64,000 bases of DNA, from NCBI GenBank assembly GCA_023412845.1, contig JAEZRH010000172.1, positions 7,051-71,050 on the forward strand. Direction: 5' to 3'. The notes under the pieces were generated by a model. That model was not told where the DNA came from, did not search any database, and saw only the letters and a program-made list of their open reading frames with translations. The position numbers and the translations under genes were made by a program. Shown here one piece after another: positions 50,410-60,218 of this stretch (its first letter is position 1; the number at the start of each line of letters is the position of its first letter). Origin of the DNA: Bacillota bacterium (GTDB lineage Bacteria > Bacillota > Clostridia > Oscillospirales > Acutalibacteraceae).

Positions 50410-51507
50410 TTACGCTGCCGTGCGGATGGCGTAGATGTATTCCTTCTTATTCGACGGGTCGGTCTTAAGGACATACTCCATCACCTTGGCAGGAGTCGGC
50501 GCCGCGGACGAGACGGACGAGGACTGCGCCCGCGTGGGGTCGCTCGGCGGAATGTACCCGACGCGCAGCACCGTGGAATCCCCTTCCGTGCGGACGCTTT
50601 GCGTATAGGGCACATAGGTGCTGTCGAGCGAATACAGCGCCACGTGGAACTGCGCCTTTGCCGCGTCGTACTCGAAGAACGTTTCCTCCGTCGGATTTTT
50701 GGGCTGCAGCGCACAGTCCGGGCCGAACAGTTCGCGGCAGGCGTCCGCCACGTCGCCGAGCGGCACGATGGTACGGCCCGCGTCGTCGTAGCTTGTATAG
50801 TTCGCTCCTTCCGCCGTCATGGTCTGCCAGAGGGACGCGTTCAGCACGAAATCCGGGTCCGCCTTGTCGGGCGAAGCGAACGGTTTGGGGTCCTGCGCCA
50901 CGACGACGGTCAGGAACTTGTCGTAAGCGCGCAGGCGGCTGTCGTCCGTCAGACGCGCGTGGATGGCCGTCCCGATGGACGTCGCGACGTAGCCTACGCC
51001 GATCAGAGCAAAAATCAGCACAAGCGCTCCGACAAAGATGCCGTAACGGTATTTCCCCTTTTTCTTCGGGCGCGCAGAAACAGGAAGCGGCGCCGAGGCG
51101 GCCTCGTCCCATTTTGTGAGCATCCGCTCGCCGTCCGCGCGGTCCGCGGGCGGCAGAAAATCGTCGATCTCCGTATCGTTGTCCATCCGGTCCGCAACAG
51201 GCTGTGCCTGTTGCCGCGGCCCGCCGTGGGGCGCGGAGGAAACGGACGGCTCATCCCGGTGGGACGGCCTTTTTCCCGTTCCCGCCGAAATTTTGGTCTG
51301 TACGGGAGCATCTCCTGACTGTCCGGGCACAGGGGACTTCCCGGCCTCAGAAAACTTACGCCCGGTCGTGGATGCAGCGTTTACGCTGCCGGGCACAGAG
51401 GGCTTCCGGTTTTCAGCGGGCTTACGCCCGGCCGTACGTGCGGGTTTAGCCTGCCGGTAATCGGCGGAAAATTCCGGAATGCCGCCGTCTTTTTCGTTTG
51501 TGCTCAC
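50410..51507 (-). CDS. hypothetical single-pass membrane protein with disordered N-terminus
   Basis: GTG start after GGAGG; basic stretch plus TM helix, followed by an extracytoplasmic domain. Confidence 0.78.
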   Translation of the reverse strand: MSTNEKDGGIPEFSADYRQAKPARTAGRKPAENRKPSVPGSVNAASTTGRKFSEAGKSPVPGQSGDAPVQTKISAGTGKRPSHRDEPSVSSAPHGGPRQQAQPVADRMDNDTEIDDFLPPADRADGERMLTKWDEAASAPLPVSARPKKKGKYRYGIFVGALVLIFALIGVGYVATSIGTAIHARLTDDSRLRAYDKFLTVVVAQDPKPFASPDKADPDFVLNASLWQTMTAEGANYTSYDDAGRTIVPLGDVADACRELFGPDCALQPKNPTEETFFEYDAAKAQFHVALYSLDSTYVPYTQSVRTEGDSTVLRVGYIPPSDPTRAQSSSVSSAAPTPAKVMEYVLKTDPSNKKEYIYAIRTAA

Positions 51508-51523
51508 GGCCTGCCTCCGAACA

Positions 51524-52768
51524 CTATCGTATTTGCCCGCTGCCGGTGACAATGAATTTCGTCGTGGTCAGTTCCGCGGCGCCCATCGGCCCGCGGGCGT
51601 GCAGCTTCTGCGTGGAAATGCCGATCTCGGCCCCAAGGCCGAATACGCCGCCGTCGGTAAAACGCGTGGAAGCGTTGACGTACACCGCCGACGAGTCCAC
51701 CTCCTGCGTGAAGCGCCGGGCGTTCGCGTAGCTTTCCGTCACGATCGCCTCGCTGTGCCCGCTCGAGTATTTCGCGATGTGCGCGATCGCCTCGTCCAGA
51801 CTGTCCACGACCCTCACCGCCAGGATATAGTCGAGATATTCCGTGGCCCAGTCCTCTTCCGACGCCGGCACGATCTGAGATCCCAGGATGGCGCGCGTGC
51901 GGGGACAGCCGCGCAGCTCCACATGCTTTTCGTCGAGCCGCTTTTTGACAGCGGGCAGGAACCGCTCCGCGATATCCCTATGCACCAGCAGCGTCTCCTC
52001 CGCGTTACAGACGGAGGGCCGCGACGTCTTCGCGTTGAACACAATCTCCGCCGCCATGCCAATATCCGCCGAATCGTCCACATAGACGTGGCAGTTGCCC
52101 CAGCCGGTCTCAATGACAGGCACGCGGGCGTTTTCGACGACGGCGCGGATGAGGTCCCTGCCGCCGCGGGGGATCAGCACGTCGAGGTATCTGGTCATGC
52201 GCATCAGCGCCTGCGCCGACTCGTGGGACGTATCCTTCACAAGCTGCACGCAGTCCGCAGGCAGGCTCTCCTGCGCGAGAGCACCGCGCAGAACGGCTTC
52301 GACCGCCTCATTCGTGCGCAGGGCCTCCCTGCCGCCCCGCAGGATGACGGAGCTGCCCGCCTTGATGCAGATGGCCGCCGCGTCTGCCGTCACGTTCGGG
52401 CGCGCTTCATAGATGATGCCGATCACGCCGAGCGGTACGCGGACCTTTTCGATCTTCAGGCCGTTGGGTGCTACGGAGCCGGAGACCACCTGCCCCACAG
52501 GGTCCGTCTGGGCCGCGACCTCGCGCAGGCCCTTCGCCATGCCCGTGACGCGCTCCCGGCTGAGGGCAAGGCGGTCCAGCAGCGGCGCGGACATGCCCGC
52601 GCTCCGCGCCGACTCCATATCCTCCGCGTTCGCGGCGAGGATCGCGTCGCAGGACCGCTCCAGTCCGTCCGCGGCGCGGAGCAGCGCGGCGTCTTTTTTC
52701 CGCCCGCCCTCGGCAAGCGCGCGCGAAGCCTGCTTTGCCTTTTCGCCCATCCAGGTAAGATCCGTCAT
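51524..52768 (-). CDS. proA: glutamate-5-semialdehyde dehydrogenase
   Basis: VPLGVIGIIYEARPNVT, IPRGG, CNAEETLLVH, NASTRFTDG and STQKLHARGP motifs. Confidence 0.96.
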   Translation of the reverse strand: MTDLTWMGEKAKQASRALAEGGRKKDAALLRAADGLERSCDAILAANAEDMESARSAGMSAPLLDRLALSRERVTGMAKGLREVAAQTDPVGQVVSGSVAPNGLKIEKVRVPLGVIGIIYEARPNVTADAAAICIKAGSSVILRGGREALRTNEAVEAVLRGALAQESLPADCVQLVKDTSHESAQALMRMTRYLDVLIPRGGRDLIRAVVENARVPVIETGWGNCHVYVDDSADIGMAAEIVFNAKTSRPSVCNAEETLLVHRDIAERFLPAVKKRLDEKHVELRGCPRTRAILGSQIVPASEEDWATEYLDYILAVRVVDSLDEAIAHIAKYSSGHSEAIVTESYANARRFTQEVDSSAVYVNASTRFTDGGVFGLGAEIGISTQKLHARGPMGAAELTTTKFIVTGSGQIR

Positions 52769-52864
52769 AATAACCTCCCGCCAAGCTGCCGGCGCTCCCG
52801 GGCGCTTTGCGCCCCGATATTTACCGGCACCCGGCCGTCTCAGCACTGCTCTCTTTCCCTTTTT

Positions 52865-53671
52865 TCATTGTATACCCTTCTGCGCGCCGAAAACTGTCCC
52901 AATCTGTACCCCTTCGAAAAGGTCGTACAGCTTCTCCGGAATGGCGCCGCTCATCACGCAGCAGGTGATGCCCGCTTCGTTCGCGGAGGCGGCCGCCTCC
53001 ACCTTGGTGTGCATGCCGCCCGTGCCCCGGCTCGAGCCTCTGCCGCCCGCCAGCGCGCGGATTTCCTCCGTCACGCACGGCACGAATGGGATACGCTTCG
53101 CGTCCGGCTCCTGCGAGGGGTTTTTGTCGTAGAGGCCGTCGATGTCCGTCAGGATGACGAGCAGGTCCGCCCCGATCAGCTTTGCCACGATGGCGGAAAG
53201 CGTGTCGTTGTCGCCGATCTGCGCGCCTTCCAGCTCGTCAACGGCGACGGTGTCGTTCTCGTTCACAACGGGGATGATCCCCATCTTGAGCAGCTCCGCG
53301 AACGTGTTCTGGGTGTTCGTGCGGTTGCGGTCGTTCACGATCACATCCCCGGTCAGCAGCACCTGCGCCACGGTACAGTTGTACTCGCCGAAAAATTTAT
53401 CGTAGATGAACATCAGCTCGCACTGGCCCACGGCGGCGACCGCCTGCTTCTTTTCCGTCTCCTGCGGCCGTTGCGCAAGTCCCAGTTTGCCCACTCCCAC
53501 GCCGATGGCTCCGGACGTGACGAGTACGATCTCCCTGCCCGAGTTCTGCAGGTCCGAAAGCACCTTGCACAGGCGCTCCACCCTGCGCAGATTCAGCTTT
53601 CCGTTTTCATAGGTCAGTGTCGAGGTTCCCACCTTGACGACGATCCGTTTGGCCTGTGTGATTGCCGACAT
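52865..53671 (-). CDS. proB: glutamate 5-kinase (no PUA domain)
   Basis: VVKVGTSTL, VTSGAI, AAVGQ, NENDTV, GDNDTLSA and GTGGM.TK motifs. Confidence 0.96.
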   Translation of the reverse strand: MSAITQAKRIVVKVGTSTLTYENGKLNLRRVERLCKVLSDLQNSGREIVLVTSGAIGVGVGKLGLAQRPQETEKKQAVAAVGQCELMFIYDKFFGEYNCTVAQVLLTGDVIVNDRNRTNTQNTFAELLKMGIIPVVNENDTVAVDELEGAQIGDNDTLSAIVAKLIGADLLVILTDIDGLYDKNPSQEPDAKRIPFVPCVTEEIRALAGGRGSSRGTGGMHTKVEAAASANEAGITCCVMSGAIPEKLYDLFEGVQIGTVFGAQKGIQ

Positions 53672-53911
53672 CTCCCTTATCCTGCCTTTCGCGCGGTACA
53701 CGCGCCGTCATACCGCGCCGGAGGGCATGGCAAAACGAATTTTGGTTTGGCGCGGGCGCTGAAGGAACTGCTCCCGCAGACAAAACACATCTCCGGAAAC
53801 GGCCCGAAACTCTCCCGCCGGAGCAAACAAAATTTTTTGCTAAACTGAACGGCGAGGCTTGACTGATTATAGCACAAATCCGCGCCGGAAGGAAGAACGA
53901 AAAAGGCAGCC

Positions 53912-54851
53912 TCAGGCCTGCAGGAAAGGCTGAGCCAGCAGCCCGGCCATGCAGATCATGAAAATCAGCACCAGCGGATTCGAAAGGAAGCGGCGGACCC
54001 GATGTTCTACGGGAACGAAAGGTTCGGGTTCGGCACACAGCTCCGCAAAAATCTCACGCCGGTGTTTCGCCAGCACGACGACGCCCCATCCGCCGAATGC
54101 GAAATAAACAAAAATATACATCCAATTTCCGACGGTGGGAGAAAAGGTTCCAGCCATCGCGCAAAGCTCAACAAGGCCGTTGTTAATGACATGAAGGACG
54201 AAAGAAGTTTTGATGCTCCCCGTTTTCAGCGTGACATACGCCAGCACCAAGCCAATCAGGAAGGTCGAAGCAAATTGAAAAAGACTCCTGTGTCCGAGAG
54301 CAAAAAACAGTGACGATATAACGACGGCAAAACCTTTCCCATAGGGTGCCAGAGCGGCGAGCATAAAGCCCCGGGAAAACACTTCCTCCGCCAGAGGCCC
54401 TATCCACCACCGTGCACAAAACGAGCGCGGCCGTGCACCAGAGAGGGCCGCTGCGGTCATAAAGAGGCGTGGCCGGAACAAGGGACGACATCTCCTTGCC
54501 CCGCCCAAGCAAACGGTAGAGCGGATAATCCAGCAGGAATACGCCGACCGCGGCGAACGTATACATCGCCGGAACGTACCGTATCAGGCCCTTTGCGTCG
54601 AATCGCCCGCCGAGCCACACGGAACGCAGCGGAATGTGCAGGATTCTGCCAATCAGCGGAAAAACGGCAAGGAAACTTACGGCATATGCGGCAGGCAGAT
54701 CGACGGCAGTCTTTGCGGTAAGCCCGGCCCCGCCCATCGTCGAGCTGACCACCCCGGAAACAAGCGCCCCCGCCGCCCACCAAAGAAGATTGCATGCCAC
54801 GGCCATCGTCACGGTAAGCTGGAAATTTTCATGGATCGTCTTGTCTTCCAT
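53912..54851 (-). pseudogene. CPBP family intramembrane metalloprotease split by a +1 frameshift
   Basis: N-half (MEDKT...LCTVV) and C-half (IGPLAEEVFSRG...FFALGH...HVINN) lie in different frames; one extra G in GTG GTG G ATA at ~54404; could be a sequencing error. Confidence 0.75.
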
Positions 54852-55053
54852 AAAATCACCCTCCCGAAGTCCCCGCGTAACTTTTCCCGTAACCAAGCCT
54901 TGCAAATCCAAAATGCCCTTCGTTTTCTCTTGAATGATTTTCATAGGGAATATTATATCACCAATCCGGACGCTCCGCATGGCCGGAACGCTTCGGACGT
55001 AAAAAAGAGGGCCGGGCGCCAATTACGCTCCCGGTCCCCCCACGAATCATCCG

Positions 55054-55302
55054 TTATAAACCGGAATGTTCGGTCCCAATGGCCTCTTCAAGATATCTCC
55101 TCACATCGTCTTTCGACCGCATGCTGACTTCCCGGCCGGCAAGATACGTAAGGCAGTCGTTCCATTCTTCCAGTTTGTATTCCGAAACGCTGATCTGCTG
55201 CAGCAATCTCAGCGTTTCGTTATGATCACCCGGATTGCGCAGTGATGAAATGAAACAGCCCTTGCGGTTTGCCAAAAGCTCCAGAAGCTCTTCCCTAGGC
55301 AT
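55054..55302 (-). CDS. hypothetical 82-aa protein
   Basis: RBS AGGGAGG; own promoter TTGACA-17-TATGAT at 55353-55381. Confidence 0.75.
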   Translation of the reverse strand: MPREELLELLANRKGCFISSLRNPGDHNETLRLLQQISVSEYKLEEWNDCLTYLAGREVSMRSKDDVRRYLEEAIGTEHSGL

Positions 55303-55443
55303 GGATATCCCTCCCTTTGACGGTTCGTGTCCGGTTACTCCTCTTTCTTCAAATCATAAATTTATTGTCACAAGTTGTCAATATGTGTTGCAGACGAAAT
55401 TGATTAAAAAATAACATTTCATCTTTTATCGGTAAAAAATTGC

Positions 55444-55480
55444 AAAAAAATTCCCGGGAATACTCTTTTCCCGGGAATTC
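55444..55480 (-). terminator. pnp terminator
   Basis: GAATTCCCGGGAA / TTCCCGGGAATT stem followed by TTTTT on -. Confidence 0.8.
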
Positions 55481-55489
55481 TGCGTACAA

Positions 55490-57718
55490 TCAGTGATGCT
55501 GTCTGGGGCCGCCGAAGGACGGTCCTCCGGGCCGGTGGCCCGAAGAGTGGTGATCGTGGTCCCCGTGTGGCTGCGGGCGGCGCGGCGGCCGTTCGGAAGA
55601 CACGTCGTTTTCCGGCACAAGGCCCTCCACTTCGATGAGGGCTTCGCGGCGGGAAAGGTTCAGCCTGCCCTTTTCGTCGATGTTGAGGACCTTGACCATG
55701 ACCTCGTCGCCAACGTTGACGACGTCGGTCACCTGGTTGACGCGCTTCACGTCAAGCTGCGAGATGTGCACAAGGCCTTCCTTGCCCGGTGCGATCTCTA
55801 CGAACGCGCCGAAATCCATCAGGCGCGTCACTTTGCCGTTGTAGATGGTGCCCGGTTCCGGGTCGTTGACGATGGTGTCCACAATGTTGATTGCGCGTTT
55901 GCAGGCTTCCAGGTCCGTGCCGGAAACGTAAACGTGACCGTCTTCCTCGACGTCCACCTTTACGCCGCACTCCGCGACGATCTTCTGGATGACCTTGCCA
56001 CCCGTGCCGATGACCTCGCGGATCTTTTCGACCGGGATCGTGATGGAGAGCATCTTCGGCGCGTAAGGCGAAAGCTCCTTGCGCGGCTCGGCGATGGCCT
56101 TAAGCAGCACGTTGTCAATGATATAGTCGCGGGCCTTGTGCGTCTTGTAGAGCGCTTCCTTGATCATTTCCGGCGTCAGGCCGCTGATCTTCAGGTCCAT
56201 CTGGATGGCCGTGATGCCGGCGTGGGTCCCGGCGACCTTGAAGTCCATGTCGCCGAAGAAATCCTCAAGGCCCTGGATGTCCACCATCGTCATCCAGCGG
56301 TCGCCCTCGGTGATAAGGCCGCAGGAAATGCCCGCCACGGGGCTCTTGATGGGCACGCCCGCATCCATCAGGGCAAGCGTGGAACCGCAGATGGAAGCCT
56401 GCGACGTGGAGCCGTTGGAAGAAAGCACCTCGGAGACAAGGCGCATGGCGTATGGGAAGTCGTCCACGCCCGGAAGCACCGGAACAAGCGCGCGCTCCGC
56501 AAGGGCGCCGTGGCCGATCTCGCGGCGGCCGGGGCCGCGGCTGGGCCTCGTCTCGCCGACAGAATAGGACGGCATGTTGTACTGGTGGATATAGCGCTTC
56601 GTCTCTTCCTCGTCGATGCCGTCGAAGGTCTGGGCCTCGTCGAGCGGGGCGAGCGTCGCGACGGTCAGCACCTGGGTCTGGCCGCGGGTGAACATGCCGC
56701 TGCCGTGGGCGCGCGGCAGAAGGGCAACCTCCGCCGCCAGCGGGCGGATGTCATCCATCTTGCGGCCGTCCACGCGCTTCTGCTCGTCGAGCAGCCAGCG
56801 GCGGACGACGTATTTCTGCGTTTTATACATGCACTCGTCTATTTTGGCCGATTGGTCCGGATAGACCGGGTCGAACTTTTCGTGTACCTTCTCATAAACC
56901 GGCCGCAGGCGCTCATCGCGGACGTTCTTGTCGTCTGTGTCGAGGGCCGTGCGGATGTCCTCGACCGCAAACTCCTTCACGGCGTTCAGCATGTCTTCGT
57001 CCGGCTCGTTGCTGGGATATTCGAATTTCTTCTTGCCGATCTCGGCCTGGATGTCCTTGATGAACTGGATGACGGCCTGGTTCGCCTTGTGGCCGGCCAT
57101 GATGCCGCCGTACATCACATCGTCCGGGATCTCCTCGGCGCCGGCCTCGATCATGGCGATGCGCTCTGCTGTGGAAGCGACGGTGACGGCCATCTTCGAC
57201 TTCTTGCGCTGCTCGCTCGTGGGATTGATGACGTACTCGCCATCCACATACCCGACGGAAACGCCCGAGATCGGGCCGTTCCACGGGATGTCGGAAATGC
57301 TCAGGGCAATGGAAGTGCCGACCATGGCGGCGATCTCCGGCATGCAGTCGTGGTCCACGCTCATGACCGTGCAGACGACGGTGACGTCGTTGCGCATGTC
57401 CTTCGGGAACAGCGGCCGGATGGGCCGATCGATGACGCGCGAGGTCAGGATGGCCTTGTCGCTCGGGCGGCCTTCGCGTTTAAGGTACGAGCCGGGGATC
57501 TTCCCGACCGAATACATCTTCTCTTCAAAATCGACCGAGAGCGGGAAAAAATCCACGCCCTCGCGCGGCTTGGCGGATGCCGTCACCGCAACGTGCACCG
57601 CGGTTTCGCCGTAACGGACCAGGCACTCGCCGTTGGCGAGCTGCGCCATTTTGCCGGTCTCCACCACAAGCGGGCGTCCGGCAAAATCCGTTTTGTAAAC
57701 TCGGAAATTTTCAAACAT
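55490..57718 (-). CDS. pnp: polyribonucleotide nucleotidyltransferase
   Basis: DFFPLSVD, RVDGR, FTRGQTQ, RREIGHG, SNGSTS and GDMDFKVAG motifs; KH and S1 domains; ATG at 57718 after GGAGG. Confidence 0.97.
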   Translation of the reverse strand: MFENFRVYKTDFAGRPLVVETGKMAQLANGECLVRYGETAVHVAVTASAKPREGVDFFPLSVDFEEKMYSVGKIPGSYLKREGRPSDKAILTSRVIDRPIRPLFPKDMRNDVTVVCTVMSVDHDCMPEIAAMVGTSIALSISDIPWNGPISGVSVGYVDGEYVINPTSEQRKKSKMAVTVASTAERIAMIEAGAEEIPDDVMYGGIMAGHKANQAVIQFIKDIQAEIGKKKFEYPSNEPDEDMLNAVKEFAVEDIRTALDTDDKNVRDERLRPVYEKVHEKFDPVYPDQSAKIDECMYKTQKYVVRRWLLDEQKRVDGRKMDDIRPLAAEVALLPRAHGSGMFTRGQTQVLTVATLAPLDEAQTFDGIDEEETKRYIHQYNMPSYSVGETRPSRGPGRREIGHGALAERALVPVLPGVDDFPYAMRLVSEVLSSNGSTSQASICGSTLALMDAGVPIKSPVAGISCGLITEGDRWMTMVDIQGLEDFFGDMDFKVAGTHAGITAIQMDLKISGLTPEMIKEALYKTHKARDYIIDNVLLKAIAEPRKELSPYAPKMLSITIPVEKIREVIGTGGKVIQKIVAECGVKVDVEEDGHVYVSGTDLEACKRAINIVDTIVNDPEPGTIYNGKVTRLMDFGAFVEIAPGKEGLVHISQLDVKRVNQVTDVVNVGDEVMVKVLNIDEKGRLNLSRREALIEVEGLVPENDVSSERPPRRPQPHGDHDHHSSGHRPGGPSFGGPRQHH

Positions 57719-57756
57719 TGCTTTCTCCTCCGTCAAATAATAATAGTATTATTTAC

Positions 57757-57837
57757 GGGAGGCGGCAGGTTTAGCAATAAAACCGGCGTCTTTTCGGAAG
57801 AAAGGCGCTCGTTTCACTGCTAAGTCCTCCGCTTCCC
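57757..57837 (-). promoter_or_regulatory. long leader hairpin before pnp (putative RNase III site)
   Basis: GGGAAGCGG/CCGCCTCCC and TTAGCAGTGAAAC/GTTTTATTGCTAA arms pair on the - strand using G-U pairs. Confidence 0.6.
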
Positions 57838-57913
57838 AATGGGTTCCTGCGAAAAAAATGCGGAAAAAGGCCAAAGGCAGGCGGCAAAAGCCGTCTGCCT
57901 TTTTTATGGGGTA

Positions 57914-58177
57914 TTACTTGCGGATGCCAAGTTTCTCAATGATCGCACGGTAGCGCTCGATGTCGTTATCCTGCAGATAATTCAGAAGGCTCCGGCGCTG
58001 CCCGACCATTTTCAGCAGGCCGCGGCGGGAGTGATGGTCTTTTTTATGGACTTTCAGGTGCTCCGTCAGAGCATTGATACGGTTGGTCAGTACGGCGATC
58101 TGTACTTCCGGCGAGCCGGTGTCTCCGTCGTGCCGCGCGTATTCCTTGATGATTGCGGTTTTTTCTTCTTTCAGCAT
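57914..58177 (-). CDS. rpsO: 30S ribosomal protein S15
   Basis: [21 protein letters not shown] and LLNYL...LGIRK motifs; promoter TTTACA-17-TATACT at 58284-58312. Confidence 0.97.
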   Translation of the reverse strand: MLKEEKTAIIKEYARHDGDTGSPEVQIAVLTNRINALTEHLKVHKKDHHSRRGLLKMVGQRRSLLNYLQDNDIERYRAIIEKLGIRK

Positions 58178-58189
58178 TGCAGTTCTCCA

Positions 58190-58278
58190 CCTTTTTCAAA
58201 TTCCCGCAGCCGCAGAAAAGGGCCGGTGAAATCCCCAGCGGGGCATTTCCCAGATCCGCGGGAGGGGTGCAGTTCAAT
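58190..58278 (-). promoter_or_regulatory. structured rpsO leader, possibly the S15 autoregulatory site
   Basis: TCCCGCGG/CTGCGGGA stem between promoter and RBS; S15 leaders are known in Firmicutes. Confidence 0.35.
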
Positions 58279-58320
58279 AATTGAGTATACCATACGTTTT
58301 TCCATTTGTAAACGTTTCGT

Positions 58321-59298
58321 CTACTTTTTCTCCGGTTTCGACGGATGGAGTAGACGTTTCGTCTGCTCCGCAGTGCGGGAGGGACCGTTTTTACGCCAGT
58401 ATTCCATCGCCTGCCCGCCGTCGCGGCGGATCGCTTCGCCGAGCTGCGCGACGCCGGAAAACCTGCGCTCCGGCCGGAGGAATTTCAGCAGTTCGACCCG
58501 CACGGTCCTGCCATACAGGTCCGGACCGGAATAGTCGGGCATCCACGTTTCCACGCGGGCCTGCTCCGAACCGACCGTGGGGTTCACGCCAACGTTCGTC
58601 ACCCCGCAGAAGACGTCCCTGCCGATGTGTACGGACGAAACGTACACGCCGAACTTCGGCAGGACCGAGCCGGGCGGCACCGCCTGGTTGAGCGTCGGCG
58701 TGCCGAGCTTTCTGCCGAGGTGTTTGCCCGGAAGAACCGGCGATTCGTAAAAAAACGGCCGGCCCAGCAGCTTTGCCGCCTCGTCGACGCGCCCGCCGGA
58801 AATGAGGCCCCGGATGCGCGTGGAGCTGACCGGCGTGCCGCCCTGGAGCACCGCGCCCGCCACGGCCGTCCCGATGCCGCAGTCCGCGCAAAGGCGGGCC
58901 AGGTCGCCGCTGCCGGCGGCGCCGCCGCACCCGAACGTGAAATTGAACCCGCAGCATGCCTTTTTCGCGCGGCACACGCCGAGGAGCACACCGCGCACGA
59001 ACGCTTCCGCGGTCATATCCTTCACCGAAGAAAAATCCAACAGGTAAAGCTGCTCTATGCCGAGTCCCTCCAGCACCCCGATCTTCTGTTCCTGCGTAAG
59101 GATTCTGCCGCCGAAATCTCCGCCGAGCGAACTCCGCGGGGAATCCTCAAACGTCAGCACGGTGGGGATCAATCCCCGGCTCTTTTCCCCCAGCGCCATG
59201 GCGATCACTTTTCTGTGGCCGAGATGGACGCCGTCGAAACTGCCGAGCGCCACGGCGCTCTCTCCCCCGGAGCGTTCCAGGCCATGATAAATTTTCAT
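58321..59298 (-). CDS. ribF: bifunctional riboflavin kinase / FAD synthetase
   Basis: ALGSFDGVHLGH, GFNFTFG, SSTRIR, GRKLGTPTLN, GVY, NVG.NPT and LRPERRF motifs. Confidence 0.95.
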   Translation of the reverse strand: MKIYHGLERSGGESAVALGSFDGVHLGHRKVIAMALGEKSRGLIPTVLTFEDSPRSSLGGDFGGRILTQEQKIGVLEGLGIEQLYLLDFSSVKDMTAEAFVRGVLLGVCRAKKACCGFNFTFGCGGAAGSGDLARLCADCGIGTAVAGAVLQGGTPVSSTRIRGLISGGRVDEAAKLLGRPFFYESPVLPGKHLGRKLGTPTLNQAVPPGSVLPKFGVYVSSVHIGRDVFCGVTNVGVNPTVGSEQARVETWMPDYSGPDLYGRTVRVELLKFLRPERRFSGVAQLGEAIRRDGGQAMEYWRKNGPSRTAEQTKRLLHPSKPEKK

Positions 59299-59312
59299 TT
59301 TCTTTCCCGCTT

Positions 59313-60218
59313 TCATTCGTGTGCGCAGAAAAGGCGGAGCACGCGCAGCTCACCCTCCCGCGTTTCGCCCAGACCGAGGAATTCCCCCTCCGGCGAAAGC
59401 ACACGGTACCGTTCGCCCTCCGCGGGAACTTTTCCCCGCAGGGACGTGCGCGCAAGATCCAACGCGCCGCCGTTCGCGAACCGCACCGCCTGCGCCGCGG
59501 TGACCGCAATGCCCGGCCGCCGCGCGAACAGGCGTTCCACAGGCAGCAGGCGTTCCTGCAGCCGCCCCTGCGAAGCGAGTCCGCGCGCCTGCTCCACCGT
59601 GACCGCGTCACTCAGCGCAAAGCCGGAAGCCTTCGTCCGCCGCAGCGCCGACATGACGCCGCCGGTGCCCAGTACCCGGCCGATGTCGCTGCAGAGCGTG
59701 CGGACGTACGTTCCCTTCGAACAGGCGACGAGCAGCCCGCCCGACTGGGACTCTTCATCGAACCGGAGCAGCTCCAGCCGGAAGACGGTCACGGGGCGTG
59801 CCTCGCGCTCCACCTCCACGCCCTGCCGCGCAAGGTCGTACAGCCGCCTGCCGCCCACGCAGACCGCCGAATACATCGGCGGCGTCTGCAGAATCTCCCC
59901 GCGGAAGCGCGGAAGCGCGGCTTCCACCTGTTCCTTCGAAGCGCGGGTTCCGCTTTTCGCCGCCGTTTTGCCGGTCGTGTCCTGCGTGTCCGTTTCAAAT
60001 CCGAGGCAAAAGCCCGCCTCGTACTCCTTGTCGGTATCCTCCAGCAGCGGCAGCGCCCGCGTCGCGGTGCCCAGCAGCAGCGGCAGGACGCCCGTCGCCA
60101 TGGGGTCCAGCGTGCCGGTGTGGCCGATCTTCTTTTCGCGGCAGAGGCCGCGCATCAGCGCCACCACGTCGAACGACGTGAATCCCTGCGGCTTGTCCAC
60201 AATCAGAACGCCGTTCAT
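59313..60218 (-). CDS. truB: tRNA pseudouridine(55) synthase
   Basis: DKPQGFTSFD, GHTGTLDPMATGVL, PPMYSA and CSKGTYVRTL motifs. Confidence 0.96.
   Translation of the reverse strand: MNGVLIVDKPQGFTSFDVVALMRGLCREKKIGHTGTLDPMATGVLPLLLGTATRALPLLEDTDKEYEAGFCLGFETDTQDTTGKTAAKSGTRASKEQVEAALPRFRGEILQTPPMYSAVCVGGRRLYDLARQGVEVEREARPVTVFRLELLRFDEESQSGGLLVACSKGTYVRTLCSDIGRVLGTGGVMSALRRTKASGFALSDAVTVEQARGLASQGRLQERLLPVERLFARRPGIAVTAAQAVRFANGGALDLARTSLRGKVPAEGERYRVLSPEGEFLGLGETREGELRVLRLFCAHE

Noticed and set aside
53672..53900. T-box or riboswitch in the long proB leader
   Set aside because: No T-box consensus, no clear terminator and no Pro-rich uORF with an RBS
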